Assembly: GCA_965649765.1 (NCBI GenBank)
Contig: OZ287756.1
Span: forward strand, 50,344,001 to 50,408,000
DNA: 64,000 bases
From: Bispira polyomma
Lineage: Eukaryota
Direction: 5' to 3'
In this document: one piece after another, positions 62,949 through 64,000 of the stretch
Numbering within the stretch: the first letter of the stretch is position 1
Layout: every line of letters begins with the position of its first letter
The notes under the pieces: generated by a model
Database searches by the model: none
Told to the model about the DNA's origin: nothing
The model's input: the letters and a program-made list of their open reading frames with translations, nothing else
Position numbers and translations under genes: made by a program

Positions 62949-64000
62949 ATGAATGTCTTTCAGGAAAAGGTGGCTCTGTTCCAAAAACCATTAATAGACC
63001 CCTCCATACATCATATTGATTGGGTAGAATACAGACCTTCTGGACAAATTAAAAGTGGAAATGTAATTGAGATTAATATAAGCGGTGATGGAGCAGATTA
63101 TATAGATTTAAAAAGAAGCAGGTTGCATATAACAATGAAAGTTGTAAATAAGGATGGAACTAATCTAGTGGCTGCAGCTAAGGTGGCTCCAGTAAATTTA
63201 ACCCTACATTCCCTCTTCAGACAGGTGGACTTGTCTCTACAGCAAGTCAACATTTCACCCGGTGTGGGAATTAACTATCCTTATAAAAGCTTATTAGATA
63301 TTTGGTTACATAATAGTTTTGTGGGTGAACTGGGTCAGTTAGAAAATGAACTATTTGCAAATGATACTGCTACTTATCACGATGATACAAGTGGTGATAC
63401 TAATACTGGTTTTGGTGGGAGACAAGATAGATGTGCATTGAGTACAGTGGTGGATTTATATGGTCCTTTACATCATGATTTAGCAGATCAGGAAAGACTA
63501 ATATTAAATGGTGTGCAAATAAATGTAAAATTATATCCCAGTGCTGATACTTTTAGATTAATGTTGGGTGATAATGCCCAAGAATATAAGGTAGAGATGG
63601 TTAATGCTGCTTTACAAGTATGTCAGGTAAAATTAAATCCTGAACTAGTTTTAGCCCATGCCAAGGCGTTAAAATTAGGCCCTGCATTATACCCTTATTG
63701 GCAAAGTGATTTTAAAACGTTCACCATACCTAAAGGAAATATGATGTGGAGTGATGATGGAACTTTTCATGGACAGGTGCCAAGCAAACTAATTGTAGGT
63801 TTTGTCCCTGGAGAAGGTTATAGCAGTAGTTATACAAAAAACCCCTTTAAATTTCATCACTACTATTTAAATTACTTAGAGTTTAGCGTTGATGGTTTAC
63901 CCGTTCCATGTCGCCCATTTAGACCTAGTTATGTAGAGGGTAGTATCAGTGCAAGACCCACATATACAACCGGGCATTATGCCGAATCGTATAATAGCCT
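62949..64000 (+). CDS. Major capsid protein, right-arm copy (continues beyond the window)
   Basis: ATGAATGTCTTTCAGG at 62949 mirrors 58576; open to the window end. Confidence 0.88.
   Translation, partial: MNVFQEKVALFQKPLIDPSIHHIDWVEYRPSGQIKSGNVIEINISGDGADYIDLKRSRLHITMKVVNKDGTNLVAAAKVAPVNLTLHSLFRQVDLSLQQVNISPGVGINYPYKSLLDIWLHNSFVGELGQLENELFANDTATYHDDTSGDTNTGFGGRQDRCALSTVVDLYGPLHHDLADQERLILNGVQINVKLYPSADTFRLMLGDNAQEYKVEMVNAALQVCQVKLNPELVLAHAKALKLGPALYPYWQSDFKTFTIPKGNMMWSDDGTFHGQVPSKLIVGFVPGEGYSSSYTKNPFKFHHYYLNYLEFSVDGLPVPCRPFRPSYVEGSISARPTYTTGHYAESYNS

Larger units (their letters stand above)
54929..64000. mobile_element. Polinton/Maverick arranged as a large inverted duplication (runs past the window end)
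   Basis: Terminus AGTAGTAGT at 54929; rve integrase, penton, major capsid and adenain-type protease genes; arms mirror around 60726-60803. Confidence 0.92.

Overview
AT-rich eukaryotic (invertebrate animal, probably mollusc; inferred from the SINE/LINE repertoire and spliceosomal introns) region made almost entirely of mobile and virus-derived DNA, with no clear ordinary host gene. Main structures: (1) 2.2-7.3 kb: decayed PC4-like, BIR/IAP and MULE-SWIM gene relics. (2) A complex satellite at 8.1-10.0 kb that resumes at 21.7 kb and 45.4-46.0 kb. (3) Between the satellite tracts, a ~9 kb block of large-dsDNA-virus-like genes (PD-(D/E)xK nuclease, frameshifted family-B DNA polymerase, two paralogues of an unknown protein, a membrane-protein fragment) punctuated by five copies of a 45-80 bp motif, two of which form an (AT)n-centred palindrome. 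(4) A full-length RNase-H-bearing LINE (21868-45380, minus strand, 15-bp TSD) whose last codons are split by (5) a 17.8 kb piggyBac-like element (22203-39967) with an ATAT target duplication. This element encodes a spliced OTU/vertnin-like protease domain fused through an 18-aa repeat linker to a DDD transposase, and carries a 66-bp satellite built from its own subterminal motif. (6) From 54929 to beyond the window end, a Polinton/Maverick folded back into a large palindrome (centre 60726-60803). Both arms carry integrase, penton, core and major capsid genes, the left arm also carries protease and IAP genes, and no pPolB or ATPase is visible.
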